This document shows positions 35,032 through 46,329 of a DNA stretch of 46,463 nucleotides, in pieces. The stretch is from NCBI RefSeq assembly GCF_003334255.1, contig NZ_QOWU01000044.1; one strand, 5' to 3'. This DNA comes from Escherichia coli (GTDB lineage Bacteria; Pseudomonadota; Gammaproteobacteria; Enterobacterales; Enterobacteriaceae). The notes beneath the pieces are model-generated. The model was not told where the DNA came from. It did no database searches and worked only from the letters and a program-made list of their open reading frames with translations. How positions within the stretch are numbered: the first letter of the stretch is position 1; every line of letters begins with the position of its first letter. The translations under genes and the position numbers were made by a program.

Positions 35032-37156
35032 TCTGGCGTTGCAGACGACCAATCTCAGGCAGTAATGCAATCAATAATCCAACTTGTTGTACGACCAGAG
35101 GTTCTTTGCTGTCTGCCCGTGGTTCAAGTTGCTGCATCCGCTGTTTCAGGCTAGCTAATGCCTCATTGACGCGTTCTTCATCAGCAGGTTGATGATGTAA
35201 CGCGTCATCAACATAGCAAACTGCGTCATCAAGAAACGCCAGAATTTCAGGATTAGTTAACTGCTCCCGGTGAGCACCGAGGGCTGAGATATAGCTGGTA
35301 AACGTATGGTTAAGGCACAGCAACCGAAACGCGGCTTCGCGAATTTGCGGGGTAACGTTCGGCTCGCTGGACATATTTGATACCACCGACGCCAGCTCAG
35401 CATCACGGTTGTGTGCATCGCGGCGGGCAATACGATACGCCAGACGGTTATCACGCCCCTGATGGTATTGCTCCAGTATGGCATCGAGATACCGACAGTT
35501 GGCCTCTGTGGCGCGTTCGAGCATGCGCGGCAGATTGCGAAACTGCCAGTCAGGCCAGATGTAGCTCACTGCCGCCCACGCAATGGCACAACCAATCAGC
35601 GTATCGATTACGCGAGGTAACGCTACTTCAAAACCTTCACCCAGTAAGTTAAAACACAGTAGCACCAAAAGTGTGATGAACATCGTTGCATGAGCGTATT
35701 GCACGTTACGGAAGGCAAAAAAGAGCACGCCGGTAATAACCAGCAGCACCAGCTGCCCTTCCAGTGATGGCACAAACCACAGCACAGGAATGCCAATGGC
35801 GATACCTACCAGCGTACCAATAATCCTTAACTTCAGGCGGTGGCGCGTGGCGTTATAGTTTGGCTGGCAGACAAACAAACTTGTCAGCAAGATCCAATAC
35901 CCGTGATGCATTCCGGTTATCTGAATGATGGCGTAGCCGAAGCACAACACCAGCGACATTCTTACCGCATGACGGAAGAGGGCGGATTCCGGCGTGAAGT
36001 GACGGCTAAGACGCAGCCAGATATCACTCAACCCGTGCGGGCTGTCATCAGCGAGCTCATTTTCGTCATTATTATGGGGTAGTGCCTGGGCCTGTTCTGA
36101 TTCAATTGTTGCCAGTTGGGCATCAATGGCGCGTAAATTGTTCAGCAAAAATCCCAGTGTTTTGAGTAAATCGGCGGGTGCGCCGTTATCGCGCATCCGC
36201 TCCAGCGCAGCATCAATATGCGTAAAAGCGCGCTCAAAATGCGGATCATGTTGATAAGGCTGACGCAACAAAATACAGCGTGACAGTTGCTGGCACGCCT
36301 GGCCCTGCATCGACATCAGCCGCTGAAAACGGAACAGCACGTCGCTGTGGCGAAAATGTTCACGCAATGTTTGATACTGAATATGAGAAGAGCTGGCACG
36401 CTCGTGAATATCCTGTGCGACAAAGTAATAATGCAGCGTGCGACGCGTTCCCCGTTGACCACGATCGCCACGTAAGCGGGTCAGCAGCGAGAGTTTCGTC
36501 TGATTCAATGTCGCCATCAGCAGACCGTTGGCGAGAGCCAAATCGTACAGCGGTGCCTGGCTTTGATCTTCAATATCAGGATCAAACATGCGCGACTTGA
36601 GCTCAAGATAACGCGCCAGTTGTTCATAGCAACGCGCCAGGTTGTCCTGCAGCGGGCGGACCGGGAACAGCAGATGACCAATAAGTGTCAGGACGTTGTA
36701 CCAGACGGCACCGGCCAGCAGATACATCGGCTGCTGATACCAGTGCTCATACAGTGATGTTCCCAACATAGTGTAAATGGCGATCAGCAATGCACCGAAG
36801 GCAATTGTTGCATAGCGTTGACCCAGACCGCCGAGCAAAATGAAGCCGCTGGTAGAGAGCGTTAAGCCAATCGCAAATAGCCAGGGCCAGGGAAACAGCA
36901 ATTCTACTGAGGCCGAGGCGATAAAAAAGCAGAACAGCGTAATGATGAGGTTACGCAAACGTCCCGCCAGTCGGTCATCGAGATCGGTCAGCGCCGCTGC
37001 CACCATCCCCAGCGTTAGCGGAATCGTCAGTTTTACATCACCCAGCCACCACGGAAACGCTGTGGTTCCACAAAGCGCAATAAAAATACGCGCGTAATAC
37101 AGCCAGGCGCTGTTCCAGGTATAGCGTTTGAGCAAAGGACTTAGCATAAAGGCCAT
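34994..37156 (-). CDS. yccS: Inner membrane protein YccS (FUSC-like family)
   Basis: 720-aa polytopic membrane ORF; the true start may be the second Met (MLSPLLKRY, 37147). Its 3' end overlaps the 3' end of sxy. Confidence 0.88.
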   Translation of the reverse strand: MAFMLSPLLKRYTWNSAWLYYARIFIALCGTTAFPWWLGDVKLTIPLTLGMVAAALTDLDDRLAGRLRNLIITLFCFFIASASVELLFPWPWLFAIGLTLSTSGFILLGGLGQRYATIAFGALLIAIYTMLGTSLYEHWYQQPMYLLAGAVWYNVLTLIGHLLFPVRPLQDNLARCYEQLARYLELKSRMFDPDIEDQSQAPLYDLALANGLLMATLNQTKLSLLTRLRGDRGQRGTRRTLHYYFVAQDIHERASSSHIQYQTLREHFRHSDVLFRFQRLMSMQGQACQQLSRCILLRQPYQHDPHFERAFTHIDAALERMRDNGAPADLLKTLGFLLNNLRAIDAQLATIESEQAQALPHNNDENELADDSPHGLSDIWLRLSRHFTPESALFRHAVRMSLVLCFGYAIIQITGMHHGYWILLTSLFVCQPNYNATRHRLKLRIIGTLVGIAIGIPVLWFVPSLEGQLVLLVITGVLFFAFRNVQYAHATMFITLLVLLCFNLLGEGFEVALPRVIDTLIGCAIAWAAVSYIWPDWQFRNLPRMLERATEANCRYLDAILEQYHQGRDNRLAYRIARRDAHNRDAELASVVSNMSSEPNVTPQIREAAFRLLCLNHTFTSYISALGAHREQLTNPEILAFLDDAVCYVDDALHHQPADEERVNEALASLKQRMQQLEPRADSKEPLVVQQVGLLIALLPEIGRLQRQITQVPQETPVSA

Positions 37157-37165
37157 ATTAGTGGA

Positions 37166-37612
37166 TTATTCAAAACGACGACGTGCATTGGCTTCACGCG
37201 CAGCTTGCGCTGTTTCTACCGATACCACGCGACGACCAACCGGCCATAGTGCAATAGCGGCAATTTTAAAGTTCGCAATGCCGACAGGAATGCCAATGAT
37301 TGAAATACATTGTGCGATGCCCGTTGCAATGTGCATCAGGCATAACCACCAGCCAAAGAAAATCAGCCAGAAAATATTCAATACCGTACCGCCAGTATTC
37401 AGCAGCACATTTTTGCCAGCCGGGTTCAGTTCATCGACATGAATAGCTTCATTGCCATAAGGCACCAGAGACAGTTTAGTGATCTCCCAGCAGGATCGTG
37501 TCAGCGGTAAGGTAAAAATCAGCACAATACTGACCAGAGTCGCCAACAGCCAGCCCAGAGTGGTGGCAAATCCGCCAAGCACAAAGTTCAGAATGTTCAA
37601 AACGGTACGCAT
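37166..37612 (-). CDS. yccF: Inner membrane protein YccF
   Basis: 148 aa, hydrophobic; lies immediately upstream of yccS on the same strand. Confidence 0.92.
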   Translation of the reverse strand: MRTVLNILNFVLGGFATTLGWLLATLVSIVLIFTLPLTRSCWEITKLSLVPYGNEAIHVDELNPAGKNVLLNTGGTVLNIFWLIFFGWWLCLMHIATGIAQCISIIGIPVGIANFKIAAIALWPVGRRVVSVETAQAAREANARRRFE

Positions 37613-37734
37613 AAAACCTCGCTTTACTGTGGTTTTCAGTAATGGGCGGCAATTGTAACGTTTTTTTGGGCTGGAGCACGTTTTCTCTGACGGTTACACT
37701 GATAAGAAATAATTTCGTGTGGATCTACAGAGTC

Positions 37735-39789
37735 ATGGAACTGAAAGCGACAACGCTTGGAAAACGTCTGGCACAGCACCCTTACGATCGGGCGGTGATC
37801 CTCAATGCCGGGATTAAAGTCTCCGGCGATCGCCACGAATACCTTATTCCTTTCAATCAATTACTGGCGATTCACTGTAAGCGCGGTCTGGTATGGGGCG
37901 AGCTGGAATTTGTACTGCCGGACGAAAAAGTGGTGCGTCTGCACGGCACCGAATGGGGCGAGACGCAGCGTTTTTACCATCATCTTGATGCTCACTGGCG
38001 GCGGTGGAGTGGCGAGATGAGCGAAATTGCGTCTGGTGTTTTACGCCAGCAACTGGATTTGATTGCCACGCGCACTGGGGAAAATAAATGGCTGACGCGT
38101 GAGCAAACCTCTGGCGTGCAGCAACAAATCCGCCAGGCTTTGTCGGCGTTGCCGTTGCCGGTTAACCGACTGGAAGAATTCGATAACTGCCGTGAGGCGT
38201 GGCGTAAATGTCAGGCCTGGTTGAAAGATATTGAAAGCGCTCGGTTGCAGCATAACCAGGCGTATACCGAAGCCATGCTTACCGAGTATGCGGATTTTTT
38301 CCGCCAGGTCGAGTCTTCACCGCTGAATCCGGCGCAGGCCCGGGCAGTCGTTAATGGCGAGCATTCTCTGTTAGTGCTGGCAGGTGCAGGAAGCGGAAAA
38401 ACGTCGGTGCTGGTGGCCCGTGCAGGCTGGTTGCTGGCGCGTGGTGAAGCGTCCCCTGAGCAAATTTTATTGCTGGCGTTTGGTCGCAAAGCCGCTGAAG
38501 AGATGGACGAGCGGATTCGCGAACGGCTACATACCGAAGACATTACCGCACGCACGTTTCATGCGCTGGCGCTGCATATTATTCAGCAGGGCAGCAAAAA
38601 AGTTCCGATAGTCAGCAAACTGGAAAATGATACCGCTGCCCGTCATGAACTCTTTATTGCTGAGTGGCGCAAGCAATGCAGCGAAAAGAAAGCGCAGGCG
38701 AAGGGCTGGCGGCAATGGCTGACGGAAGAAATGCAGTGGTCAGTGCCAGAAGGTAACTTCTGGGATGATGAAAAATTACAGCGTCGCCTTGCCTCTCGCC
38801 TCGATCGCTGGGTAAGTCTGATGCGGATGCACGGTGGTGCACAGGCAGAAATGATTGCCAGTGCACCCGAAGAGATTCGCGATCTGTTCAGTAAACGTAT
38901 CAAGTTGATGGCCCCGTTATTAAAAGCCTGGAAAGGTGCGCTGAAGGCAGAAAACGCTGTCGATTTTTCGGGCCTTATTCATCAGGCGATTGTGATTCTG
39001 GAGAAAGGTCGCTTTATCAGCCCGTGGAAGCATATTCTGGTTGATGAATTTCAGGATATCTCGCCGCAGCGGGCAGCGTTGTTAGCGGCATTACGCAAGC
39101 AAAACAGTCAGACGACGTTGTTCGCTGTTGGTGATGACTGGCAGGCGATTTACCGATTCAGCGGTGCGCAAATGTCGCTCACCACCGCTTTCCATGAAAA
39201 CTTTGGTGAAGGCGAACGCTGTGATTTAGACACGACTTACCGTTTTAACAGTCGTATCGGTGAGGTGGCAAACCGGTTTATTCAGCAGAACCCAGGCCAG
39301 CTGAAAAAGCCGCTAAACAGCTTAACCAATGGAGACAAAAAAGCCGTCACGTTATTGGATGAGAGTCAACTTGACGCTTTGCTGGATAAGCTCTCTGGTT
39401 ATGCCAAACCGGAAGAGCGCATTCTGATCCTGGCGCGTTACCATCACATGAGGCCTGCCAGCCTGGAAAAAGCGGCAACACGCTGGCCGAAGTTGCAAAT
39501 CGACTTTATGACCATTCATGCCAGCAAAGGGCAACAGGCGGATTACGTCATCATCGTTGGCTTGCAGGAGGGAAGTGATGGTTTTCCGGCTGCGGCGCGG
39601 GAGTCGATTATGGAAGAGGCGCTACTGCCACCGGTTGAGGATTTCCCGGACGCTGAAGAACGGCGGTTAATGTACGTGGCGCTGACCCGGGCACGCCATC
39701 GGGTATGGGCACTGTTTAACAAAGAGAATCCCTCTCCCTTTGTGGAAATACTGAAAAATCTGGATGTGCCGGTGGCGAGAAAACCGTAA
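37735..39789 (+). CDS. helD: DNA helicase IV
   Basis: Start at MELKATTLGKRLAQHPYDRAV (684 aa); UvrD-like motifs (AGAGSGKTS Walker A, VDEFQD). Confidence 0.95.
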   Translation: MELKATTLGKRLAQHPYDRAVILNAGIKVSGDRHEYLIPFNQLLAIHCKRGLVWGELEFVLPDEKVVRLHGTEWGETQRFYHHLDAHWRRWSGEMSEIASGVLRQQLDLIATRTGENKWLTREQTSGVQQQIRQALSALPLPVNRLEEFDNCREAWRKCQAWLKDIESARLQHNQAYTEAMLTEYADFFRQVESSPLNPAQARAVVNGEHSLLVLAGAGSGKTSVLVARAGWLLARGEASPEQILLLAFGRKAAEEMDERIRERLHTEDITARTFHALALHIIQQGSKKVPIVSKLENDTAARHELFIAEWRKQCSEKKAQAKGWRQWLTEEMQWSVPEGNFWDDEKLQRRLASRLDRWVSLMRMHGGAQAEMIASAPEEIRDLFSKRIKLMAPLLKAWKGALKAENAVDFSGLIHQAIVILEKGRFISPWKHILVDEFQDISPQRAALLAALRKQNSQTTLFAVGDDWQAIYRFSGAQMSLTTAFHENFGEGERCDLDTTYRFNSRIGEVANRFIQQNPGQLKKPLNSLTNGDKKAVTLLDESQLDALLDKLSGYAKPEERILILARYHHMRPASLEKAATRWPKLQIDFMTIHASKGQQADYVIIVGLQEGSDGFPAAARESIMEEALLPPVEDFPDAEERRLMYVALTRARHRVWALFNKENPSPFVEILKNLDVPVARKP

Positions 39790-39793
39790 GAAA

Positions 39794-39813
39794 CAGGTGG
39801 CGTTTGCCACCTG
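39794..39813. terminator. Hairpin between convergent helD and mgsA
   Basis: caggtggc-gttt-gccacctg; flanking U-runs are weak. Confidence 0.45.
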
Positions 39814-39820
39814 TGCAATA

Positions 39821-40279
39821 TTACTTCAGACGGTCCGCGAGATAACGCTGATAATCGGGGATCAGAATATCGACCGCGTCGTTGAAATGCGGCGACTGGA
39901 TTATGAAGTCTGCCGTTGCCACGTTGGTGGCGACCGGAATGTTCCATACCGTCGCCAGACGCAGCAAGGCTTTCACGTCAGGATCGTGCGGCACGGCATT
40001 TAGTGGATCCCAGAAGAAAATCAATACATCAATTTTCCCTTCTGAGATCAATGCGCCAACCTGCTGGTCACCCCCCATTGGGCCACTCAACATCGCGTTG
40101 ACGTTCATGCCGGTCGCGCGGGAAATTAAGTTACCGGTAGTGCCTGTTGCATACAGTACGTGTTGTTCCAGTAACGGTTGATGCCGTTCCACCCAGCTCA
40201 TCAGCATTTGTTTGCAGTGATCGTGTGCCACCAGCGCAATATGTTTCCGCGCAGGTAAAGTGCGAGTCGTCAGTTCCAT
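39821..40279 (-). CDS. mgsA: Methylglyoxal synthase
   Basis: Start at [24 protein letters not shown] (152 aa). Confidence 0.96.
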
Positions 40280-40374
40280 AATGTACATCCGTAGTTAACT
40301 TTCCTACAGATTACTGTAAGCACTTATCGCTGCAAGATAAAGACCGAAAAAGCCTGCGCACAGGCACAAAAATC

Positions 40375-41037
40375 TCAGGAAGATGGTTGTTTTTCCGCCC
40401 ACTGCAGGAAAGTATTTCGCGTTTGTGGGTCAGCCAGTTTAAACCAATACTTCAGCCGTTGTTCTGTGAGCACCTGAGACTGCGGTGGAATAGCATCCAG
40501 CTCGGAAACACCCGAAAGCAGCGTACTGTCATCTGCCATCATCGTGGCAAATTGCGGTAGTGAAGCGCGTTTCGCGGATTTGTTATAGCGTTCAACCTCG
40601 ACCTCATAATCAATCGTTTTTGCCGTTGAGGTAATGGCGAGAATATCCAGCTTTACCGGAATCGGCGTCGCATCGCCATCCAACAATTCAAGGCGCGGCG
40701 CGGCATCAAAATGGTTAGCTTCCCGCTCATTCTCCAGGCGAGGCAGGCGAAAATTGACCTGGTTGATGAGCTGGGTATTAAAACTGACCACCAGCGGTGG
40801 GGAGATATACAGCCGTTCTTCACTATTGGAAAGATGAATCGTCTTCTCAACGCGAAACACTAACTGATGCGGTCCATTATCCAGTTCAATGCTGTCCGCA
40901 CCGCGCAGCAGAGAGCTGGAAACCTTCTTGCCGTCGAGTACCAGAAGATCGACATCGGTTGAAAGCCGCAGCGTGGTGGCAAAAACGGATACCGGCAAAC
41001 ATAATGCAATCAAGGTGGTCACGATGCCGGTTTTCAT
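40375..41037 (-). CDS. yccT: Periplasmic UPF0319 protein YccT
   Basis: 220 aa with signal peptide [20 protein letters not shown]. Confidence 0.92.
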
Positions 41038-41209
41038 AGGTAGCTCCTGTCAAAAGACCGCCCGAATAATAATGTGTCAAAATTTTTCTTTAATCATACT
41101 TACTAACATATAGACATATTTCCCGCTTTTGCTCTCATTCATTCGTATTAGCTGCATGGTTGGCATGTCGGCTTTGTCGTACACTTTGTTAAACAGTCTG
41201 GAGGAAATA

Positions 41210-41623
41210 ATGAAAGAAACCGATATTGCAGGCATTTTAACGTCCACTCACACCATTGCGCTGGTGGGGGCAAGCGACAAACCCGATCGTCCCAGCTATC
41301 GCGTGATGAAATATCTACTCGACCAGGGGTATCACGTCATTCCGGTTTCGCCAAAAGTTGCCGGCAAAACGCTGCTGGGCCAGAAGGGGTATGGCACGCT
41401 GGCAGACGTTCCGGAAAAAGTCGATATGGTCGATGTTTTCCGTAATTCAGAAGCGGCGTGGGGCGTGGCACAGGAAGCTATTGCCATTGGCGCGAAAACC
41501 CTCTGGATGCAACTGGGGGTGATTAATGAGCAAGCGGCAGTACTGGCACGGGATGCCGGGTTAAATGTGGTGATGGATCGCTGCCCGGCTATTGAGATCC
41601 CTCGCCTGGGCCTGGCCAAATAA
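41210..41623 (+). CDS. yccU: CoA-binding domain protein YccU
   Basis: Start at [30 protein letters not shown] (137 aa) behind a GGAGGA ribosome-binding site. Confidence 0.93.
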   Translation: MKETDIAGILTSTHTIALVGASDKPDRPSYRVMKYLLDQGYHVIPVSPKVAGKTLLGQKGYGTLADVPEKVDMVDVFRNSEAAWGVAQEAIAIGAKTLWMQLGVINEQAAVLARDAGLNVVMDRCPAIEIPRLGLAK

Positions 41624-41625
41624 AA

Positions 41626-41657
41626 AATCCCCGGAAGGCAAAAACCTTCCGGGGATT
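41626..41657. terminator. Bidirectional terminator between yccU and hspQ
   Basis: aatccccggaagg-caaaaa-ccttccggggatt, a 13-bp stem flanked by an A-run and T-rich sequence. Confidence 0.8.
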
Positions 41658-41667
41658 TGTTCAGGGA

Positions 41668-42042
<375 letters not shown>

Positions 42043-43233
42043 TTACATGACGCGACAGGCAAACCCTTTCAGATATAGCCCTTCCGGATAGGTAGCGATC
42101 ACCGGATGATCGGCTGCCTGACGGAACTGCTCTATAAATTGTACATCACGACCGGCATCAATTGCGGCATCCGCGATGATTTTCTGAAATAAATCGCTGG
42201 TCATCAGACCGGAACAGGAGAAAGTCAGGAGAATACCGCCTTCATTCAGCAGCTGAATCGCCAGCATGTTGATGTCTTTATAACCACGACACGCGCCCAT
42301 CAACTGGCTTTTATTCTCAACAAACTTCGGCGGGTCCATCACGATAACGTCAAATTTTTCACCGCGATCGCGATAAGTACGCAGCAATTTAAAGACATCA
42401 TCACGGACAAACTCAGCCTTGCTCAGATCCAGTTTGTTCAGCTCAACGTTCTGCCGTGCAATATCCAGCGCTTCCTGGGAGGTATCAACGCTGACAACCT
42501 GGCTGCAACCGCCCATCAGTGCCGATACGGCGAAACCACCGGTATAGGAGAAACAGTTCAGCACACGTTTATTTTCAACGTAGCGGCGGGTAGCCAGGCG
42601 GCTATCACGCTGGTCCAGGTAGTAGCCCGTTTTGTGTCCGTGCTGAATATCCACCAGCAGTTTCATTCCGTGTTCTTCAATCGGCAGCAGGGCAGGTGGC
42701 AACTCGCCGGTGACGGGGCCCTGGGTCAGCTCCATTCCTTCTTTTTTACGTACCGCGACGTCGCTGCGATCGTAAATCGAACATTCCGGGTACAGCGTTT
42801 GCAGGGCACTAATTAATGCCGCGCGCTGATATTCTGCCCCAGCACTCAGCAGTTGCAGCACCAGAAAATTACCGAAACGATCGATAGTAATACCCGGCAG
42901 GCCATCAGATTCTCCGGCGATTAAACGATAGCTGTCGAGGCCATCTTTTTGCGCCAGCCAGTCACGCCATTTTTGTGCTTGTTGCAAACGGCGGGAAAAA
43001 AAAGCAATGTCGATAGACTCAGACGGGTCAAACGTCCAGACGCGCGCCCGGATTTGCGAAGCTGGCGAATAAGCGCCGCGTGCTAACCATTTTCCCTGAT
43101 GATCAACAATATCGATGGTTTCACCGAGGCTGGCTTTACCTTCCATGCGGGCAACGGCCCCGGAAAAGACCCACGGATGGCGACGAAGTAATGATTTTTC
43201 GCGCCCTTTGGCTAACACTAAACGTACACTCAT
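42043..43233 (-). CDS. rlmI: 23S rRNA m5C1962 methyltransferase RlmI
   Basis: 396 aa, [27 protein letters not shown]...; PUA plus methyltransferase domains. Confidence 0.96.
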
Positions 43234-43327
43234 AATTTACTTTTCTGTCGATGCAAAGAAATGGGCGTCATTGTCCGGAGTTTTCCATGGATTTGCAACG
43301 CGTCCATTAAGGATAAGGAGAGCAGCA

Positions 43328-43606
43328 ATGTCGAAAGTCTGCATAATTGCCTGGGTTTACGGGCGAGTTCAGGGCGTAGGATTTCGCTACACCACACAGT
43401 ACGAAGCGAAAAGACTGGGTTTAACCGGGTACGCCAAAAATCTTGACGATGGCAGCGTGGAAGTGGTTGCTTGCGGTGAAGAAGGGCAGGTGGAAAAATT
43501 AATGCAGTGGTTAAAGAGTGGCGGCCCGCGTTCTGCGCGTGTAGAACGGGTGCTCAGCGAGCCGCATCATCCCTCGGGGGAATTAACCGATTTTCGTATC
43601 CGTTAA
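43328..43606 (+). CDS. yccX: Acylphosphatase
   Basis: Start at [38 protein letters not shown] (92 aa) behind AAGGAGAG; the 163-aa track ORF is an upstream extension. Confidence 0.93.
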
Positions 43607-43932
43607 ATACATTTTACCGGTTTTGGCAGGCCAGCAATTTTGGTGGCTTGCTTAGCCGGACCTTTCGGAAACAGTCGGTATAAATAGCGGCTGTTACCTT
43701 TTTCTTCGCCAAATTTATTCGCCATCGCTTTTACCAGCATACGAATCGCCGGAGAAGTATTGAATTCCAGATAGAAATCACGCACAAAACGCACCACTTC
43801 CCAGTGTTCCGGTGACAGCGAAATCCCTTCGTTCTCTGCAATCACCACAGCCAGCGGCTCACTCCACTGGCTGCTTTCTTTGAGATAGCCTTCGGTATCC
43901 GTTTCTATCTCTTTACCTTCGAAGATCAGCAT
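43603..43932 (-). CDS. tusE: Sulfurtransferase TusE
   Basis: Start at [30 protein letters not shown] (109 aa). Confidence 0.94.
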
Positions 43933-44022
43933 AATTATTACTACCTTAATCAGACTGGCGGCAGTGTAACAAAAAACAAAGCCCCGCATAAAGCGAGGCT
44001 ATGAAAGTGTTAGCGGGTGAGA

Positions 44023-44682
44023 TTAATCGCGGCTAGCGAAGCCCAGAATGCTCAGCAGGCTGACGAAGATGTTGTACAGCGAAACATACAGGCTAACCGT
44101 GGCACGAATATAGTTCGTCTCACCGCCATGAATGATGTTGCTGGTTTCAAACAAGATAGCGCCAGAGGAGATCAGAATGAAGACCGCGCTGATCGCCAGA
44201 TGCAGAGCAGGCAGCTGCAGGAAGATATTCGCAACCATACCAATCAGCACCACCACAATACCCGCCATCAGCATACCGCCGAGGAACGACATATCTTTGC
44301 GGGTGGTCAGCACATATGCAGAGCAGCAGAAGAACACTAACGCCGTTCCGCCCAGTGCCATAGCGATTACGTCACCCATTCCGGCAGACAGATAGGTGTT
44401 CAGAATAGGTCCGAGGATATAACCCAGAAAACCGGTAAAGGCGAATGCGGAGATAATCCCGGTCGGCTTATTCGCCGTTTTATAGGTCAGGAACATCAAA
44501 CCATACATACCCACCAGCGTCAGAATCAGACCCGGAGATGGCAGCATCAGCACCGTACTGGCAGTTGCGGTAATCGCCGAAAAGGCCAGCGTCAGGCTCA
44601 GCAGAAAATAGGTATTACGCAGCACCTTATGGGTGCTAAGCAGTGATGTACGGTCATGTGAAGAACTAACAATACGATCCAT
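44023..44682 (-). CDS. yccA: FtsH modulator YccA (Bax inhibitor-1 family membrane protein)
   Basis: 219 aa, [30 protein letters not shown]...; seven hydrophobic segments. Confidence 0.96.
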   Translation of the reverse strand: MDRIVSSSHDRTSLLSTHKVLRNTYFLLSLTLAFSAITATASTVLMLPSPGLILTLVGMYGLMFLTYKTANKPTGIISAFAFTGFLGYILGPILNTYLSAGMGDVIAMALGGTALVFFCCSAYVLTTRKDMSFLGGMLMAGIVVVLIGMVANIFLQLPALHLAISAVFILISSGAILFETSNIIHGGETNYIRATVSLYVSLYNIFVSLLSILGFASRD

Positions 44683-44844
44683 TGAGTCACTCTCTATGAC
44701 AGATGTAATTAATTAAGCAGCATAATGATAATGCGTAAGGGCACCCAGAAGTTTTACCCATCTTTACGCATTTGATCTGGAACAGGTTTAACAGCGGATT
44801 ATCAGGTCATTAAGCAAATATAACGCCCTGAGAATTTCGACAGG

Positions 44845-44880
44845 CAAAAGAAAAAGGGGTTAGCATTTAGCTAACCCCTT
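44845..44880 (-). terminator. Rho-independent terminator downstream of the serT remnant
   Basis: aaggggttagc-attta-gctaacccctt hairpin, followed on the minus strand by TTTTCTTTT. Confidence 0.75.
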
Positions 44881-44888
44881 ATCTTATT

Positions 44889-44948
44889 TGGCGGAAGCGC
44901 AGAGATTCGAACTCTGGAACCCTTTCGGGTCGCCGGTTTTCAAGACCG
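44889..44948 (-). tRNA. serT: tRNA-Ser(UGA) 3'-terminal 60-nt fragment; not a complete tRNA (5' acceptor, D-arm and half the anticodon stem are missing); prophage attachment core remnant
   Basis: Reverse complement CGGTCTTGAAAACCGGCGACCCGAAAGGGTTCCAGAGTTCGAATCTCTGCGCTTCCGCCA matches the 3' part of serT. Upstream sequence (44949 onward) has no segment able to pair with the acceptor 3' strand. Confidence 0.85.
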
Positions 44949-45089
44949 AAGAAAAACAAATGAAAATCAGTGTAATACGTGAATCTGCTGAAAATTTAAT
45001 TAAATTTAACACCAAGAAAAATCAAGGTGTTAGGAAGTTGCTCATAGCTAGTATACCAAGTATTTTTGCCAGAAAATTTTCTGTATTGC

Positions 45090-46109
45090 CTACTTGCTAA
45101 CCACGAGCGGCAGATCCAGTGTTGGTGTGATTTTTGTTTTACGATCGTAAATCAACACCTGATTTTCTGTTTTATGCCCGCTGAAAATTTGTTTGTCGCG
45201 ACTGCTGCCTTCGTAATCTGAGATCCCCTTGGCTTTTATGTCGTGAAAATTGCACCCGAACGGAACGCCAACTTTTTGCTCGGCTGAGCGTTTAGCCTGA
45301 TTCCACCAGTTGTTCAGCGTTTTAGCTATGACTTTCCCGCCTTTGGTTGTATTGATCACATATTCGCATGTACAGGAAGATACATTTCGGGCTAACTGGA
45401 TCGCTGTACGTAATCGCGGTGACCATTCCTTGATTTGTTTGGTGCCGGTTTTGTTTTGCTCAATGTAGATCCCTTTATCCATAATATCCTGCCATTTCAA
45501 CTCAAGCACATCACCGAGCCTTGCCGCACAGAGATAGGAAATCTCCATTGCAATGCGTAACTGTGGAATTGCTTCCGCATATATCGCTGCATACTGTTCA
45601 TCGGTGATGTAAACAGTGCGGGCTTTAAGAGAGAATTTTCTGACTCCTTTACATGGGTTATTCTTCACGTATCCACGCTCATATCCCCACCCGTATACTC
45701 GACTCAGGCTTGCCAGTTCATGATTTGCCTGGGTCTTGCTCTCAAGCCCTCGTTTATCCATGAAAATTCTTACCTGCTCAGTTTTGACATTATCAGCAAG
45801 CACTTTTCCGAATACCATCAGCAACGCCTTCTGATGTTGTCGATAATCTTTTTGGGTTCGGGGGGCCAGTTCTGTAAATGCAGGGGAGTCCATAAACATG
45901 TGCCATAATTTAGCTACGGTCATTATGTTGTGGAGTTTTGCTTTTTCCAGTTCATAATTTTGCCAGACTTTAGCTACGCTGGTTTTCCGCACTCTTCCTA
46001 GCCCTATAGTTCTTGTACTTCCTTCTGGTTTCCACACGTAACTGTAACCATTCGATCTAACCCGCGGTGGCAGTACATTATCTTTTTTATTTTTTCTTGG
46101 TCTTCCCAT
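45090..46109 (-). CDS. int: Phage tyrosine integrase (lambda Int family)
   Basis: 339 aa; N-terminal MGRPRKNKKDNVLPPRV resembles the lambda Int arm-binding N-terminus; C-terminal region has an R...H..R...Y catalytic pattern (LGDVLELKW, HDIKAKG, SGHKTENQVLIYDR). Confidence 0.92.
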   Translation of the reverse strand: MGRPRKNKKDNVLPPRVRSNGYSYVWKPEGSTRTIGLGRVRKTSVAKVWQNYELEKAKLHNIMTVAKLWHMFMDSPAFTELAPRTQKDYRQHQKALLMVFGKVLADNVKTEQVRIFMDKRGLESKTQANHELASLSRVYGWGYERGYVKNNPCKGVRKFSLKARTVYITDEQYAAIYAEAIPQLRIAMEISYLCAARLGDVLELKWQDIMDKGIYIEQNKTGTKQIKEWSPRLRTAIQLARNVSSCTCEYVINTTKGGKVIAKTLNNWWNQAKRSAEQKVGVPFGCNFHDIKAKGISDYEGSSRDKQIFSGHKTENQVLIYDRKTKITPTLDLPLVVSK

Positions 46110-46329
46110 TGTTCAGTGCCTCAAAATCGGGTTCAGCAGAAACCAGTTCAGATGTTTTTGGCATCGTTGTCAGTCCGTGTGGAATATCCCTGCGTAGAAC
46201 TATTGGTTCGTTTTTAGGACCGATTACAAATGGGATGCCGTGCAGTCTTAACTGGTGTTGCTGTTTTGTGTATCGCTCGTATTTCGTGATCTCTTTAATC
46301 TCTGCTGGAGATAGAGTTAATTCGTACAT
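46087..46329 (-). CDS. xis: Excisionase-like protein
   Basis: 80 aa, MYELTLSPAEIKEI...NNGKTKKK; sits upstream of int and overlaps its start by 23 nt as in lambda xis-int; loosely lambda Xis-like at both termini. Confidence 0.65.
   Translation of the reverse strand: MYELTLSPAEIKEITKYERYTKQQHQLRLHGIPFVIGPKNEPIVLRRDIPHGLTTMPKTSELVSAEPDFEALNNGKTKKK

Noticed and set aside
44888-45100. 70-aa plus-strand ORF spanning the tRNA remnant and att arm
   Set aside because: It reads through the tRNA-Ser fragment and AT-rich arm; an artefact of an open frame in non-coding DNA.
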